Assembly (NCBI GenBank): GCA_934162665.1
Contig: CAKPJN010000007.1
Span: forward strand, 2,479-66,478
From: an uncultured Bacilli bacterium
GTDB taxonomy: Bacteria; Bacillota_I; Bacilli_A; RF39; UBA660
DNA: 64,000 bases
Direction: 5' to 3'
The translations under genes and the position numbers were made by a program. The notes beneath the pieces were generated by a model. It was given only the letters and a program-made list of their open reading frames with translations, made no database searches and was not told the DNA's origin. Positions 39,592 to 51,902 of this stretch are shown piece after piece. How positions within the stretch are numbered: the first letter of the stretch is position 1; each line of letters opens with the position of its first letter.

Positions 39592-42500
39592 CATAAATTG
39601 ATCTTCTAGTTTTTCTAGAGGTTCTTCATCTATAAATTGATTTTCTAATTCGAAATCAACATCTCTATATTGTTTACTACCAGTACCTGCAGGTATTAAT
39701 TTACCAATAATTACATTTTCCTTTAGGCCAGCTAATGGATCAACTTTTCCTCTTATTGCGGCATCTGTTAAGATACGAGTTGTTTCTTGGAATGATGCTG
39801 CTGATAAGAATGAATCAGTTTCAAGTGCAGCCTTTGTAATACCAAGAAGAATAGGTTTACCAAGTGCTGGTTTTTTACCCTTAATAACTGTTTCTTTATT
39901 TTCATCTGTAAATTCACGGAAATTAACAAGTGCTCCTGGAATAAGTTTAGTATCTCCACCATCAACTATTCTAATCTTAGAAATCATTCTACGTGCAATA
40001 ATTTCAACGTGCTTATCAGATATATCAACACCTTGAGAACGATAAGTATATTGTACTTCTTTTAGAATATATTCTTGAGTAGTAATAGGATCAGTAACAG
40101 CAAGTAATTCTTTAGGAGAAATAGCTCCTTCAGTTAATTTTTGACCACAAACTACTTCTTGTCCCTTTTCTACACAAATCTTAGCTCCATAATTAGAAAC
40201 ATGTTCTTTAGTCTCTAACTTATTAGTAATACTAATCTTATATTTACCATGATCTTCTTTAATCTTACTTACAGTACCATCAATTTCAGCAATTGTTGCT
40301 TTTCCTTTAGGATTACGTGCTTCGAATAATTCTTGAACACGTGGAAGACCTTGAGTAATATCTTCTCCGCCAGCAACTCCACCAGTATGGAATGTACGCA
40401 TTGTAAGCTGAGTACCAGGCTCACCAATAGATTGAGCAGCCATAACACCAACAGCTTCTCCAATCTCAACTAAGTTACCAGTAGCTAAGTTTCTACCATA
40501 ACATTTTTGACAAACACCATTTTGTGTTGCACAAGTTAAAATTGTACGAATTTCTACTTCTTTAATACCAGCTGCAATAATCTTTTCAGCCATAGACTCT
40601 GTAATCATTTGAAGTTTATCAACAATAACTTCTTTTGTCTCAGGATTAATAATCTTCTTATTAGCATATCTACCAACAATACGATCATATAATTTTTCAA
40701 TTACTGCTCCTGTTTTTTCATTAACAAAGTCACGAACAACAACACCTTGATCTGTACCACAGTCTTCTTCTCTAACTATCATATCTTGACTAACATCAAC
40801 TAAACGACGAGTTAAGTAACCAGAATCTGCAGTCTTTAATGCTGTATCTGCAAGACCTTTACGAGTACCATGTGTAGATAAGAAGAATTCAGAAACTGAA
40901 AGTCCTTCTTTAAATGAAGATAATACTGGAATTTCTACTGACTCACCATTAGGCTTTGCCATAATACCACGCATACCAGCAACTTGTGTAAAGTTTGAAA
41001 TATTACCACGAGCTTTAGAATGCATCATCATAAAGATTGGGTTATCTTCATCACTATTAGCAATTTCCTCAAGTTCAGCTTGAACTTTATCTTTTGCTCC
41101 ATTCCATGTTTCAATTACTTTAGAATATCTTTCTTCTTCAGTAATTAAACCACGTTTATATTGTTTATTAATTTTATCAACTACTTTTTGAGCTTCTTCT
41201 ACAATTTCATTTTTATGTTTACTAGTTTCAACATCAGAAAGTGAAATAGTAATACCAGCAATAGTAGAATATTTAAATCCTAAATCTTTTAAGTTATCTA
41301 ACATTGTAGAAGTTTCTGTAGTTTTATATCTTTTAAATACTTGAGCAATTATTTTCTCTAATGTATTTTTAACAAAAGGTTTAACTAAAGGCATTTCCTT
41401 AATAGCTTCAGGTATATTTACACCTTTTTCTAAGAAATATTTATTAGGTGTAATATTTTGAATATTATCATCTGTTGGTTCATTAATAAATGCAAACGAA
41501 TCAGGAAGAATTTCATTAAATTTAATTTTTCCAACAGTAGTAACTAAATATTTACCTTTTTGAGTCTCAGTAAATAATTTATGTTTGAAAGAATCAACTG
41601 GAATAGCAATACGAGTATGTAATGTTAATTCACGTCTTTCATAAGCCATTAACGCTTCATTAGTATTTTTAAATACACGACCTTCTCCATCTTCTCCAGA
41701 TTTTTCCATTGTAATGTAATAGTTACCTAAAACCATATCTTGAGAAGGTGTAACAATAGGATCACCACTCTTTGGATGTAAGATGTTATTAGACCCAAGC
41801 ATTAAAAGTCTAGCTTCAGCTTGAGCTTCTTCTGATAAAGGAACGTGAACAGCCATTTGATCTCCATCGAAATCTGCATTAAAAGCAGGGCAAACTAATG
41901 GATGTAATCTAATAGCCTTACCACCAACTAAAATTGGTTCAAATGCTTGAATACCAAGTCTATGTAAAGTTGGTGCACGGTTCAACATAACAGGATGTTC
42001 TTTAATAACTTCTTCAACAATATCCCAAACAACAGGATCTTGATTATCTATAAGTCTTTTAGCAGCTTTAATATTATGTGCAATATCTTTACTAACTAAT
42101 CCATTTATAACATGTGGTTTGAAAAGTTCAAGTGCCATTTCTTTAGGAATACCACATTGATACATTTTTAAAGATGGCCCAACAACGATAACAGAACGAC
42201 CAGAATAGTCAACACGTTTTCCTAATAAGTTCTGACGGAAACGTCCTTGTTTACCCTTTAACATGCTAGAAAGTGATTTCAAAGCACGATTCCCGGCACC
42301 AGTAACACTTCTTCCACGACGTCCATTATCAAATAATGCATCCACTGCTTCTTGTAACATACGTTTTTCATTTTGAATAATAATACCAGGAGCACCTAAA
42401 TCAATAAGTTTTTTCAAACGATTATTACGATTTATTACACGTCTATATAAATCATTCAAATCACTTGTTGCAAATCTACCACCATCAAGTTGAATCATTG

Positions 42501-43218
42501 GACGAAGTTCAGGTGGAATAACAGGAATACAATCAAGAATCATCCATTCAGGTTTATTTCCAGACTTATAAAAAGCATCTAAAACATCAAGTCTCTTTAA
42601 TAAACGAGTTCTTTTTTGACCTTGAGCATTTTCTAATTCTTTAGTAATTTCATCAATATCAGCTTTAAGATCAACTTTCTTTAAAAGTTCTTTAATCGCT
42701 TCAGCTCCCATACCTACTTTGAATCCATTACCATATTTTTCATAATATGCACGATATTCTTTTTCAGATAAAGTTTGTTTATTTTCTAAAGGCGCATTAC
42801 CCTTATCGATAACAACATAACTAACGAAGTATAATACTTCTTCCAAATCTCTTGGACTCATATCAAGTACAAGACCCATACGAGATGGAACACCTTTAAA
42901 GAACCAAATATGAGAAACAGGAGAAGCTAACTCAATATGTCCCATACGTTCACGACGAACTTTAGAACGAGTAACTTCAACTCCACATCTATCACATACT
43001 ATATTTTTATAACGTACACGTTTATATTTACCACATGCACATTCAAAATCTTTTGTAGGTCCAAATATTTTCTCACAAAATAATCCATCACGTTCAGGCC
43101 TAAGAGTACGATAATTAATAGTTTCAGGTTTTTTTACTTCTCCATAAGACCATTCACGTATTTTTTCAGGAGAAGCTATACCAATTTTTAATGCTTCAAA
43201 CTTATTTACTTCTATCAT
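39586..43218 (-). CDS. rpoC: DNA-directed RNA polymerase subunit beta'
   Basis: Canonical ([12 protein letters not shown], zinc-binding cysteines). Confidence 0.95.
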   Translation of the reverse strand: MIEVNKFEALKIGIASPEKIREWSYGEVKKPETINYRTLRPERDGLFCEKIFGPTKDFECACGKYKRVRYKNIVCDRCGVEVTRSKVRRERMGHIELASPVSHIWFFKGVPSRMGLVLDMSPRDLEEVLYFVSYVVIDKGNAPLENKQTLSEKEYRAYYEKYGNGFKVGMGAEAIKELLKKVDLKADIDEITKELENAQGQKRTRLLKRLDVLDAFYKSGNKPEWMILDCIPVIPPELRPMIQLDGGRFATSDLNDLYRRVINRNNRLKKLIDLGAPGIIIQNEKRMLQEAVDALFDNGRRGRSVTGAGNRALKSLSSMLKGKQGRFRQNLLGKRVDYSGRSVIVVGPSLKMYQCGIPKEMALELFKPHVINGLVSKDIAHNIKAAKRLIDNQDPVVWDIVEEVIKEHPVMLNRAPTLHRLGIQAFEPILVGGKAIRLHPLVCPAFNADFDGDQMAVHVPLSEEAQAEARLLMLGSNNILHPKSGDPIVTPSQDMVLGNYYITMEKSGEDGEGRVFKNTNEALMAYERRELTLHTRIAIPVDSFKHKLFTETQKGKYLVTTVGKIKFNEILPDSFAFINEPTDDNIQNITPNKYFLEKGVNIPEAIKEMPLVKPFVKNTLEKIIAQVFKRYKTTETSTMLDNLKDLGFKYSTIAGITISLSDVETSKHKNEIVEEAQKVVDKINKQYKRGLITEEERYSKVIETWNGAKDKVQAELEEIANSDEDNPIFMMMHSKARGNISNFTQVAGMRGIMAKPNGESVEIPVLSSFKEGLSVSEFFLSTHGTRKGLADTALKTADSGYLTRRLVDVSQDMIVREEDCGTDQGVVVRDFVNEKTGAVIEKLYDRIVGRYANKKIINPETKEVIVDKLQMITESMAEKIIAAGIKEVEIRTILTCATQNGVCQKCYGRNLATGNLVEIGEAVGVMAAQSIGEPGTQLTMRTFHTGGVAGGEDITQGLPRVQELFEARNPKGKATIAEIDGTVSKIKEDHGKYKISITNKLETKEHVSNYGAKICVEKGQEVVCGQKLTEGAISPKELLAVTDPITTQEYILKEVQYTYRSQGVDISDKHVEIIARRMISKIRIVDGGDTKLIPGALVNFREFTDENKETVIKGKKPALGKPILLGITKAALETDSFLSAASFQETTRILTDAAIRGKVDPLAGLKENVIIGKLIPAGTGSKQYRDVDFELENQFIDEEPLEKLEDQFME

Positions 43219-46200
43219 TAAATATCAGCTCCTTCCTCTATATCTTCATCTTCCATAAATTCATAATCATCATCGAACTCATCAGGTTCTTCATCTAATT
43301 CTTCATCATCCATTTCATCATCAAAATCATATTCAAGTTGAGAATTAGAATTTTCTTTACTATCTAAATTATTTTTATCAGCAGGAGCATCTAACTCATC
43401 AATAGATAATTTAATATCTTCTTTATCTTCTGCTTCTTCTATTTCTTTAAGTTCTAAAGCTTGTCCTTCATTATTAATGATAGAAACATCAAGTCCTAAT
43501 GCTTGGAACTCTTTCATAAGAACTCTAAATGATTCTGGAACACCAGCTTGATCAATTTCTTGACCTTTAATAATTGATTCGTAAACTTTAACACGTCCAA
43601 CTACATCATCAGACTTAACAGTAAGTATTTCTTGTAATGTATGAGCTGCACCATAAGCATATAATGCCCAAACTTCCATTTCTCCAAATCTTTGTCCACC
43701 AAATTGAGCTTTACCACCAAGTGGTTGTTGTGTAACTAAAGAGTAAGGACCTGTAGAACGTGCGTGTAATTTATCATCAACCATGTGATGTAGTTTAATC
43801 ATATACATTACACCAACTGATATACGATTATCGAATGGTTCACCAGTACGACCATCATATAAAACAGTCTTACCATCTTCATCCATTCCAGCTTCTTTCA
43901 TCATATCTTGAATATCATCTATATGAGCACCATCAAATACTGGAGTAGCAATATGTACACCTAATTTTTTAGCAGCCATACCCATATGAATTTCAAGAAT
44001 TTGACCTAAGTTCATACGAGAAGGAACACCTTGTGGATTAAGCATAATATCAACTGGAGTACCATCAGGCATATATGGCATATCTTCTTGTGGAAGAATA
44101 AGTGAAATAACACCCTTATTACCATGACGTCCAGACATCTTATCTCCAACTTGGATTTTACGTTTTTGAATTATATAAACACGAATTACTTTTGAAACAC
44201 CTGCTGGTAATTCATCATTATCTTTTCTTGTATAAATTTTAATATCATGAACAATACCATCTCCACCGTGTGGAACACGAAGTGATGTATCACGAACTTC
44301 ACGAGTCTTCTCTCCAAAAATAGCATGTAATAATTTTTCTTCAGAAGTAAGTTCAGCCATTCCCTTAGGAGTTACTTTTCCTACTAAAATGTCTCCCTCT
44401 TTAACTTCTGTTCCAATTGTTATAATACCATTTTCATCCAAATTGCGACGAGCTTCTTCACTAACATTAGGTATATCTCTAGTAATTTCTTCAGGGCCAA
44501 GTTTAGTCTCGCGACATTGCATCTCATAATCTTCTAAGTGAAGTGATGTAAATTTATCATCTTTAACTAAATTTTCATTTAAGATAACAGCATCTTCATA
44601 GTTATAACCATTAAATGTCATAAATGCAACTGTCATATTTTTACCTAAAGCAAGTTCACCTTTATCAGTTGAGTTTCCATCAGCTAAAATTGTCTTATCG
44701 GCAATAACTTTATCACCAACATGAACAATTGGTCTTTGATGTGAACAAATACTAGAGTTAGCTAATTCAAAGTTAGATAAGTAGTAAGTATCTCTATCTT
44801 TTGCATTTTTAACAACAATTTTCTTAGCATCAACGTATTCAACAATACCATCAGCTTTAGCAACTATTTCAACACCAGAATCCTTAGCTGCAATAAATTC
44901 AACACCAGTTCCAATAAATGGAGCTTCTGTTTTAATTAAAGGCATAGCTTGACGTTGCATGTTTGCTCCCATTGAAGCACGAGTAGCGTCATCATGTTCC
45001 AAGAATGGAATACAACTTGTTGTTACAGATACAACTTGTTGTGGAGATACGTCAATATAGTCAACTTGTTCTGGTTTAGCTAAAATGTTTTCACCACGGA
45101 AACGTGCATTAACATTTTCATCAATAATAACATTTGATTCATCAGTATTAACAGTAGATTGAGAAATGATATAATCTAATTCTTCATCTGCTGTTAAATA
45201 ATGTACTTCATCTGTAATTTGTGAATTAACAACTTTACGATATGGAGTTTGAACAAATCCATATTCATCTATTCTTGCATAACTTGCAAGAGAAGTAATA
45301 AGACCTATATTTGGACCTTCAGGAGATTCAATAGGACAAATTCTACCATAATGTGATGAATTAACATCACGAACTTCAACACCAGCTCTATCACGAGAAA
45401 GTCCACCTGGACCTAAAGCTGATAAACGACGTTTGTTAGTAAGTTCTGCAATAGGGTTAGTTTGATCCATGAATTGTGAAAGTTGTGAACTACCAAAGAA
45501 TTCTTTCATAGCAGCAGTAACAGGGCGAATATTAATTAAAGTCTTTGGAGTAACTTCTTCCATCTCTTGAGTAGTCATTCTTTCACGAATAACACGTTCC
45601 ATACGAGAAACACCAATTCTAAATTGATTTTGTAAAAGCTCACCAACTTGACGAATACGTCTATTTCCTAAATGATCGATTTCATCAAAGTTACCAACAC
45701 CATGTAATAAATTTAAATAATATGAAACAGAAGCATAAACATCTGAAATTGTAAGTCTCTTAACATCAATGTCTTGATCATTACCAATAACGATAATCTT
45801 TTTCTTTTTATCACTAGGATCAACAATTTTAATTTCTTGAACTTTATTATAACTATCTAATTCTTCATTAACAGTAAGCTCTTTTAAACCATAACCCTTA
45901 GATAAAATATCTTTTAATTGTTCTAAATTAGCTTTAGTAATAACAGTTCCTTTTTCAAAAACTACATTATCACCATCTTTAATATCTTCAGCTAATGTTT
46001 GATTTAATAAACGAGATACAACATTTAATTTACGATTAAACTTATATCTACCAACTTTAGCTAAATCATATCTAAATTCATCAAAAAATCTAGTAATAAT
46101 TTGATTCTTTGAAGAATCTAAAGTAGCTGGCTCTCCAGGTCTTAATTTTTCATAAATTTCAATTAATGCTTCATCTGTATTCTTAGTAGAATCTTTCGCA

Positions 46201-46883
46201 ATTGTATTCTTTAAATAATCATCTTCACCAAAAGTCTTAAGAATATCTTCATCACTAGATAATCCAAATGCTCTAAGTAAAGTAGTTAAAGTTACTTTTC
46301 TAGTACGATCAATTCTAACATACAAAACGTCTCTTGCATCAGTTTCAAATTCTAACCAGGTTCCACGATTTGGAATTATTTGAGAAGTTATCAATTCACG
46401 TCCATTTTTATCAATTTCATGATTAAAATAAACACTAGGTGAACGAACTAATTGAGAAACAATAACACGTTCAGCACCATTAATGATAAAAGTTCCACTA
46501 TCTGTCATTATAGGCATATCACCCATAAATATTTCTTGTTCTTTAACTTCACCAGATTCACGGTTAAATAAACGAACATCAACTTTTAAAGGAGCAGAAT
46601 AAGTTGATTCTCTATCTTTACTTTCTTTAATTGAAAATCTAGGTTCATCAAAATGATAATCACCAAATTCAAGCGATAAAGTTCCAGAGAAATTTTCTAC
46701 TGGAAATAAGTCATCAAATACTTCTTTAATACCGTTTTCAATAAACCAATTGTAAGACTTTTTCTGAATTTCAAGTAAGCCTTTTAACTCATAAGTATTT
46801 TTAATTCTTGAGAAATTTCTTCTCTCTCTGTAGTCACCATATTTTACTGTTTTATATGCCACTATACATTCACCCCTATACAT
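43218..46883 (-). CDS. rpoB: DNA-directed RNA polymerase subunit beta (with long acidic C-terminal tail)
   Basis: Canonical rpoB. The last ~80 aa are D/E-rich (..[36 protein letters not shown]). Confidence 0.95.
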   Translation of the reverse strand: MYRGECIVAYKTVKYGDYRERRNFSRIKNTYELKGLLEIQKKSYNWFIENGIKEVFDDLFPVENFSGTLSLEFGDYHFDEPRFSIKESKDRESTYSAPLKVDVRLFNRESGEVKEQEIFMGDMPIMTDSGTFIINGAERVIVSQLVRSPSVYFNHEIDKNGRELITSQIIPNRGTWLEFETDARDVLYVRIDRTRKVTLTTLLRAFGLSSDEDILKTFGEDDYLKNTIAKDSTKNTDEALIEIYEKLRPGEPATLDSSKNQIITRFFDEFRYDLAKVGRYKFNRKLNVVSRLLNQTLAEDIKDGDNVVFEKGTVITKANLEQLKDILSKGYGLKELTVNEELDSYNKVQEIKIVDPSDKKKKIIVIGNDQDIDVKRLTISDVYASVSYYLNLLHGVGNFDEIDHLGNRRIRQVGELLQNQFRIGVSRMERVIRERMTTQEMEEVTPKTLINIRPVTAAMKEFFGSSQLSQFMDQTNPIAELTNKRRLSALGPGGLSRDRAGVEVRDVNSSHYGRICPIESPEGPNIGLITSLASYARIDEYGFVQTPYRKVVNSQITDEVHYLTADEELDYIISQSTVNTDESNVIIDENVNARFRGENILAKPEQVDYIDVSPQQVVSVTTSCIPFLEHDDATRASMGANMQRQAMPLIKTEAPFIGTGVEFIAAKDSGVEIVAKADGIVEYVDAKKIVVKNAKDRDTYYLSNFELANSSICSHQRPIVHVGDKVIADKTILADGNSTDKGELALGKNMTVAFMTFNGYNYEDAVILNENLVKDDKFTSLHLEDYEMQCRETKLGPEEITRDIPNVSEEARRNLDENGIITIGTEVKEGDILVGKVTPKGMAELTSEEKLLHAIFGEKTREVRDTSLRVPHGGDGIVHDIKIYTRKDNDELPAGVSKVIRVYIIQKRKIQVGDKMSGRHGNKGVISLILPQEDMPYMPDGTPVDIMLNPQGVPSRMNLGQILEIHMGMAAKKLGVHIATPVFDGAHIDDIQDMMKEAGMDEDGKTVLYDGRTGEPFDNRISVGVMYMIKLHHMVDDKLHARSTGPYSLVTQQPLGGKAQFGGQRFGEMEVWALYAYGAAHTLQEILTVKSDDVVGRVKVYESIIKGQEIDQAGVPESFRVLMKEFQALGLDVSIINNEGQALELKEIEEAEDKEDIKLSIDELDAPADKNNLDSKENSNSQLEYDFDDEMDDEELDEEPDEFDDDYEFMEDEDIEEGADI

Positions 46884-46961
46884 AATAATAATTCAAAGAA
46901 TATATCTATAAAAAATACATCGCCAATTTATATTAATAGCATAAATCTAGCAATTAGTCAA

Positions 46962-47546
46962 TTATAAACTACATTTAATTATAAAAAATCCTTTGCTTTT
47001 TTCAAGTACTTCTACAGTATACTGTTTTTTTAAGTCGATTATTAGCGATTTAGCTCCTTGCTCCTTACGAATGACTAAAAAAAGTTTGCCATCAGTATCT
47101 AAATAATTTTTCGCATTCATCACTATTTCATAAACGATTTTTTTACCAGCCCTTATTGGAGGATTAGTAACAATTGAGGAATATTTAGAGGAAACATTTT
47201 CATAACAATTACTTTCAAAAACACAAGCATCATCAACATGATTTTCAACTAAATTTCTCTTTGCTAAATGCAAAGCACGAAGATTAACATCAACCATATC
47301 AACATGAGCTTTAGTAATCTTGCCTAGAACAACACCAAATACTCCATAGCCGCAACCCATATCTAGAATTTTGCCTCCAACTTCTTCAAGCGGGATTGCA
47401 TCAAGAAGAAGTCTACTGCCAAAATCCAAACCATCTTTCGAAAATACTCCATTATCAGTAAAGAATGTAAATTTACACCCTCTTACAAAGCATTCAGTCT
47501 TTCTAACATTACTAGGTAAATCATCATTAGTAAAATATTGCCCCAT
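46962..47546 (-). CDS. Class I SAM-dependent methyltransferase (YbxB/RsmC-like)
   Basis: SAM motif ILDMGCGYGVFGVV and NPPI motif VTNPPIRAG. Lies between rplL and rpoB, as ybxB does in Bacillus. Confidence 0.7.
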   Translation of the reverse strand: MGQYFTNDDLPSNVRKTECFVRGCKFTFFTDNGVFSKDGLDFGSRLLLDAIPLEEVGGKILDMGCGYGVFGVVLGKITKAHVDMVDVNLRALHLAKRNLVENHVDDACVFESNCYENVSSKYSSIVTNPPIRAGKKIVYEIVMNAKNYLDTDGKLFLVIRKEQGAKSLIIDLKKQYTVEVLEKSKGFFIIKCSL

Positions 47547-47669
47547 TTTATCGCCTCAAAAATAAAAAGAAAGAGAAAACTAAACAAAAATTATTAGTTT
47601 TCTCCCTTTCGTAAACATATAATACACGAAATTGTTTAATATGTCAAACATTTTTTTAATTTTTTTCAA

Positions 47670-47705
47670 TATAAATAAAAAAAAGAAGTTAATTACTTAA
47701 CTTCT
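47670..47705 (-). terminator. Hairpin/terminator at rplL 3' end
   Basis: Minus-strand hairpin AGAAGTTAA-GTAA-TTAACTTCT followed by T8. The loop includes the rplL stop codon. Confidence 0.5.
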
Positions 47706-48061
47706 ACAGTAGCTCCAGCTTCTTCTAGCTTAGCTTTAATTTCATCAGCTTCACTAGCAGGAATATTTTCCTTAACTGCGCCATTATTATCAACGATATC
47801 TTTAGATTCTTTTAATCCTAAACCAGTAATTTCTTTAACAACCTTAATAACTGCAACTTTAGCAGCTCCAGCATCAGCGATTGATACAGTAACTGTACTA
47901 GGAGCAGCATCAGCACTTCCAGCAGCTGGTGCAGCAGCAACAGCTACAGCTGAAGGATCAACTCCAAATTCCTCCTTCATTGCATCTACTAATTCTTTAA
48001 TTTCTAATAAATTCATTTCTTTTAAACTACTGATAAAATCTTCTTTTGTTAATTTAGCCAT
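47693..48061 (-). CDS. rplL: 50S ribosomal protein L7/L12
   Basis: Canonical sequence. Confidence 0.9.
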   Translation of the reverse strand: MAKLTKEDFISSLKEMNLLEIKELVDAMKEEFGVDPSAVAVAAAPAAGSADAAPSTVTVSIADAGAAKVAVIKVVKEITGLGLKESKDIVDNNGAVKENIPASEADEIKAKLEEAGATVEVK

Positions 48062-48088
48062 TTTCTAATCCTCCTTATTTTTTAATAA

Positions 48089-48580
48089 TTAATTTTCTTT
48101 TTGTTGACTATATAAGTCTAAGCAAATTGATAAGTCTCTTGCTATTCCAATCATACCGCCAGCAAGCATAGTAAGTAATCCATCTCTTGATGGTATTGTA
48201 GCATATTCTGCAAGTTTAGCTTGATCTGCCTTTGCTCCATCTACAATCCCTACTTTTAAAACTAATGCTGGGTGATCTTTAGCAAAATCTGATAAAACCT
48301 TAATTGGTGCTATTTGATCTTCACCATAAGCTAAAGCACTTGGACCAGCTAAAGCTTCATTAAGATCAATATTTAAATCGTTAAAAGCTCGAGTCATTAA
48401 AGTATTTTTGTATACTTTATAATCAGAACTAGATTCTCTTAACTTACAACGTAATTCTTTTGCTTCACTATCAGTGATACCACGATAATCAAACAAAACA
48501 ATAGTATTAGCATTATTAACGCGATCTTTGATCTCATCAATAACAGCTTGTTTTTGCTTTAAGATTTTCTCACTTGCCAT
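48089..48580 (-). CDS. rplJ: 50S ribosomal protein L10
   Basis: Canonical L10. The start was moved to the internal ATG (MASEK..), which is preceded by RBS GAGGAGG. The track's longer N-terminus (MKVLVSICKDF..) lacks an RBS. Confidence 0.85.
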   Translation of the reverse strand: MASEKILKQKQAVIDEIKDRVNNANTIVLFDYRGITDSEAKELRCKLRESSSDYKVYKNTLMTRAFNDLNIDLNEALAGPSALAYGEDQIAPIKVLSDFAKDHPALVLKVGIVDGAKADQAKLAEYATIPSRDGLLTMLAGGMIGIARDLSICLDLYSQQKEN

Positions 48581-48732
48581 AACACACCTCCTCATATATT
48601 TAGGGATGCCATATAAAAAGTCCTTGCATATAGACACAAGAACTTTCAATTACTACTAAGTCCTCGGTAGGATTTACATTTACCTACTGTCTATGGCACC
48701 AATAAATTGTCTTTATTATATACTATAAAATT
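48581..48732 (-). promoter_or_regulatory. rplJ 5' leader (likely L10(L12)4 autoregulatory leader)
   Basis: 152-nt untranslated gap between rplA and rplJ at the conserved position of the L10 leader. No structure was computed. Confidence 0.3.
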
Positions 48733-49428
48733 TTATTTGTCAAAATTATTTTCAATTTTAATTCCAGGACCCATAGTAGAAGCTATTGAAATATTTTTAA
48801 CATATTCCCCTTTTACAGTTGCAGGTTTAATTTTAATAATTGTAGAAACAAATGCATTTAAGTTTTCTAATAAGTCTTCTTCAGAGAAAGAAACCTTACC
48901 AATAACGCCATGTACGTTTCCAAAACTATCTGTTCTATATTCAACACGACCAGCTTTTACTTCTGAAACTGCTTTTGCAACATCCATAGTAACAGTACCT
49001 GTTTTAGGGTTTGGCATTAAACCTTTTGGTCCTAAAACACGACCTAATTTACCAAGAAGTGGCATCATATCAGGAGTAGCTATCATTGTATCAAAATCAA
49101 ACCAATTTTCTTTTTCTATTTTCTCAAGCATATCAGTATCACCAACAAAGTCAGCACCTGCATCTTTTGCTTCTTGAGCTTTTGGACCTCTAGCAATAAC
49201 TAGTACTCTATTAACTTTACCAGTTCCCTTTGGAAGTGTAATTGCACCTCTTAATTGTTGATCAGCCTTTTTAGTATCAAGATTTAATCTCATAGCTATT
49301 TCAACTGATCCATCAAAAGAACTAGTAGAAGTTTCTTTAACTAATTTAACTGCTTCTTCTCTTGAATATAATTTATTCTTTTCAATTTTAGAAACAGCGT
49401 TAGTATATTTTTTACTTCTTCTTTTCAT
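48733..49428 (-). CDS. rplA: 50S ribosomal protein L1
   Basis: Canonical sequence. Confidence 0.95.
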   Translation of the reverse strand: MKRRSKKYTNAVSKIEKNKLYSREEAVKLVKETSTSSFDGSVEIAMRLNLDTKKADQQLRGAITLPKGTGKVNRVLVIARGPKAQEAKDAGADFVGDTDMLEKIEKENWFDFDTMIATPDMMPLLGKLGRVLGPKGLMPNPKTGTVTMDVAKAVSEVKAGRVEYRTDSFGNVHGVIGKVSFSEEDLLENLNAFVSTIIKIKPATVKGEYVKNISIASTMGPGIKIENNFDK

Positions 49429-49498
49429 TTTAATTCCTCCTTATGTGGTATATAGCGGATTATTCCTTCCACATAGGTAAAACCTATATGTTAAATAA

Positions 49499-50029
49499 TT
49501 ATTCAGAAACTTCTTCATTAGAAGAACTATCATCAGCATTTGCTTCTTCTAACCTAGCTTCTTTTTCTGCTTCTTGAGCATGTTCAGACATTTCTGCATC
49601 ATTAACACCCTTAACAGCAATACCCATATTTCTTGCAGTACCTTCAACAATTTTCATTGCTTCTTCTACTGTATAAGCATTTAAGTCAGGTAACTTAATT
49701 TCAGCAATTTCTTTAACTTGAGCTTTTGTTAAAGTAGCAACAATATCATTTGCTCCCTTAACAGATCCTTTATTTATCTTAGCATACTTCTTTAACAAGA
49801 AACTTGTAGGTGGAGTTTTAATTATAAAATCAAAACTTCTATCATCGTATATTGATATTTCTACAGGTAAAACATCACCCATTCTATCTCTAGTAGCATC
49901 ATTATACTTAGTACAAAATTCTTGTAAATTGATTCCTGCAGGTCCTAAAACAGTTCCAACTGGTGGAGCTGGTGTAGCTTTTCCTGCTTGAATAGCTAAC
50001 TTAATTTTCTTAACTGCTTCCTTTGCCAC
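49499..50029 (-). CDS. rplK: 50S ribosomal protein L11 with ~35-aa acidic C-terminal extension
   Basis: Canonical L11 core ([20 protein letters not shown]). The start was moved to the second GTG (VAKEAVKK), which is preceded by AGGAGG at 8 nt. In-frame C-terminal tail [32 protein letters not shown]. Confidence 0.85.
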   Translation of the reverse strand: MAKEAVKKIKLAIQAGKATPAPPVGTVLGPAGINLQEFCTKYNDATRDRMGDVLPVEISIYDDRSFDFIIKTPPTSFLLKKYAKINKGSVKGANDIVATLTKAQVKEIAEIKLPDLNAYTVEEAMKIVEGTARNMGIAVKGVNDAEMSEHAQEAEKEARLEEANADDSSSNEEVSE

Positions 50030-50038
50030 GAAAAACAC

Positions 50039-50178
50039 CTCCTATTTTTTAGTTTTCGCGAGTGGTACAAATAGCTTGATTCCCGCTTTCATAAATGCAA
50101 ACCTTGCTTCCCACTAAATCTATATTAAATAATATAGCCCTTAAATAATAACATAAACATCTTTTTTTTGCAACTATT
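50039..50178 (-). promoter_or_regulatory. rplK-rplA leader (possible L1-binding autoregulatory site)
   Basis: 140-nt leader between nusG and rplK containing GGGAAGCAAGG..GAAAGCGGGAATCAAGC. Assigned by position only. Confidence 0.25.
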
Positions 50179-50712
50179 TTATGCTTTTTCTATTTGATTT
50201 ATTTCAACTTCAACAGAAGTTTCTTGTCCAAATAAATCTACAAGTAACATAACTTTTTGATTTGGTAAATCCATAGAGTCAACTTTTCCATACATTCCAT
50301 TAAATGGTCCAGCAACAATTTTAACCTTTGCACCAACTTTAAGATCTTCATCAACATTAATTCTACTAATGCCCATACCATTAAGTATTTTATCAACTTC
50401 TTGAGGTTGTAAAGGTGTAGGTTTAGCCCCTTTCCCACTAGAACCAATGAATCCTGTAACTCCAGGTGTATTACGAACAGCATACCAAGCTTCATCAGTC
50501 ATAACCATCTCTACTAATATATAACCAGGAAACATTTTCTTAACTTTTTCCTTAGTAACTCCATCTTTTACTTCAACAACTTTTTCCTCAGGAATAACAA
50601 CTCTACAAATATAATCTTTCATATCCATAGATTCAGCCTTCATTTCGAGCTTTTCTTTTACGTTGTTTTCATGACCAGAATAAGTGTTAACTACATACCA
50701 TTGTTTATCCAT
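50179..50712 (-). CDS. nusG: Transcription termination/antitermination factor NusG
   Basis: NGN and KOW domains (VNTYSGHENNV...GAKVKIVAGPFNGMYGKV). Confidence 0.9.
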   Translation of the reverse strand: MDKQWYVVNTYSGHENNVKEKLEMKAESMDMKDYICRVVIPEEKVVEVKDGVTKEKVKKMFPGYILVEMVMTDEAWYAVRNTPGVTGFIGSSGKGAKPTPLQPQEVDKILNGMGISRINVDEDLKVGAKVKIVAGPFNGMYGKVDSMDLPNQKVMLLVDLFGQETSVEVEINQIEKA

Positions 50713-50724
50713 AATATATACCTC

Positions 50725-51051
50725 CTACGCAAATAATGATTGAACAAAAGCAAATATAACATTAATTAAAAAGAAAAATATTGAACAAAATATAATAAAA
50801 AATATTGTCGCAATAGAATATTTAACCATATCATTTTTACCAGTCCAATGAACTCGTTTTGTTTCACTTCTAACACCATGACAAAATATTCTAAATTTTG
50901 TCCATAAAGATTTTTTTTCTTGATCTTCATTTACTTTTTTCTTAGGTTGTTCCTTCTTAACTTTTTCTTCTTTCTTAGGTTGCCTTTTTTCTTCTAAATT
51001 GTTTATTTTATACTCTTTAGCATTTGTTTTTTTCTTTACTACTTCAGCCAT
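50725..51051 (-). CDS. secE: Preprotein translocase subunit SecE (with K/E-rich N-terminal extension)
   Basis: C-terminal 58 aa match the SecE core (FRIFCHGVRSETKRVHWTGKNDMVKYSIATIFFII..). The preceding ~50 aa are lysine/glutamate-rich. Confidence 0.7.
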   Translation of the reverse strand: MAEVVKKKTNAKEYKINNLEEKRQPKKEEKVKKEQPKKKVNEDQEKKSLWTKFRIFCHGVRSETKRVHWTGKNDMVKYSIATIFFIIFCSIFFFLINVIFAFVQSLFA

Positions 51052-51136
51052 TTTTTCACCTATTTTCTATCAAAATAAAAACACCATTTCGTGTTCATCT
51101 ATAAATTAGCACAAACAAAAGAAAATGTCAATTATT

Positions 51137-51847
51137 TTATGACATTTTACCAAATAAAACCATAATAGCAATAACAATTCCCAAAATAACCAAAATAGTA
51201 GGAAAAATCATAAATCCAATAAACGCTGCATCCTTCTTAGTATTTAACTGTCTATAAATAGTATCATTAATCCTATTATTAATATCAACTACATTATTAG
51301 AAGAATCAGCTTTAAAATGACCATTACTTTTTACTAAACTCTTATTTGATGTATTATTTAAAGAGCCTTCTGAATCCATTTGACTATTCATAGAACTAAT
51401 ATCTCTTTTTCTTTTCTCTAAAACATAATCACTAAAATAAATATTAGCGCCTCTTTCAATAATTCCACGATAATATGGAACATCCCCTTCAGGTAAAAAA
51501 GTTGCGAAATTATCAAAATGTTCTTTTAAAAACTGTGGCTTCATATATTGCAAACACTTAGTATAAATACCAACTTGTAAAAAAGCTGAATTATATATAT
51601 CCTCATGAATAAGTTCATTATCAACAGAAAAATCATTAGGTAACTTAAGTAAAGTGTCAAATTTAATTTGTTTAGGCGAATTATTAAGTACTTTTATTTC
51701 ATCTAAATTAAATGACTTAACACAATATCCTTTTTCATGAATGTATTTCATAGTTAAATCCATATTAAAAAATAACTCACGCATTTCCTCATCAGTCTTA
51801 CTACGTAACCATTCATTTAAAGTTGTAGAATAATTATTATTATCCAT
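51137..51847 (-). CDS. Hypothetical tail-anchored membrane protein (236 aa)
   Basis: Soluble N-terminal domain and a single C-terminal TM (AAFIGFMIFPTILVILGIVIAIMVLF). Sits between sigH-like and secE. Confidence 0.4.
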   Translation of the reverse strand: MDNNNYSTTLNEWLRSKTDEEMRELFFNMDLTMKYIHEKGYCVKSFNLDEIKVLNNSPKQIKFDTLLKLPNDFSVDNELIHEDIYNSAFLQVGIYTKCLQYMKPQFLKEHFDNFATFLPEGDVPYYRGIIERGANIYFSDYVLEKRKRDISSMNSQMDSEGSLNNTSNKSLVKSNGHFKADSSNNVVDINNRINDTIYRQLNTKKDAAFIGFMIFPTILVILGIVIAIMVLFGKMS

Positions 51848-51902
51848 ACCCAGTCACCCTATTATCATTCTATAACATATTTATAAAAAAGACAAATCAA
51901 AT

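Noticed and set aside
49499-50038. Frameshift or assembly artefact creating the long rplK ORF
   Set aside because: The extension is in the same frame as the L11 core and needs no shift. The N-terminal excess in the track comes from choosing the first GTG; the RBS-supported start is the second GTG at 50029.
34943-50495. Antisense or overlapping ORFs within tuf, fusA, rpoC, ybxB-like, rplA and nusG (for example 35456-35749, 36699-36896, 37826-38152, 39768-39965, 40269-40469, 47371-47565, 48707-49177, 50238-50495), and 58172-58513 and 62437-62706 further right
   Set aside because: They sit inside universally conserved genes, and their proline-, serine- or leucine-rich translations reflect mirror codon bias. 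Not genes.
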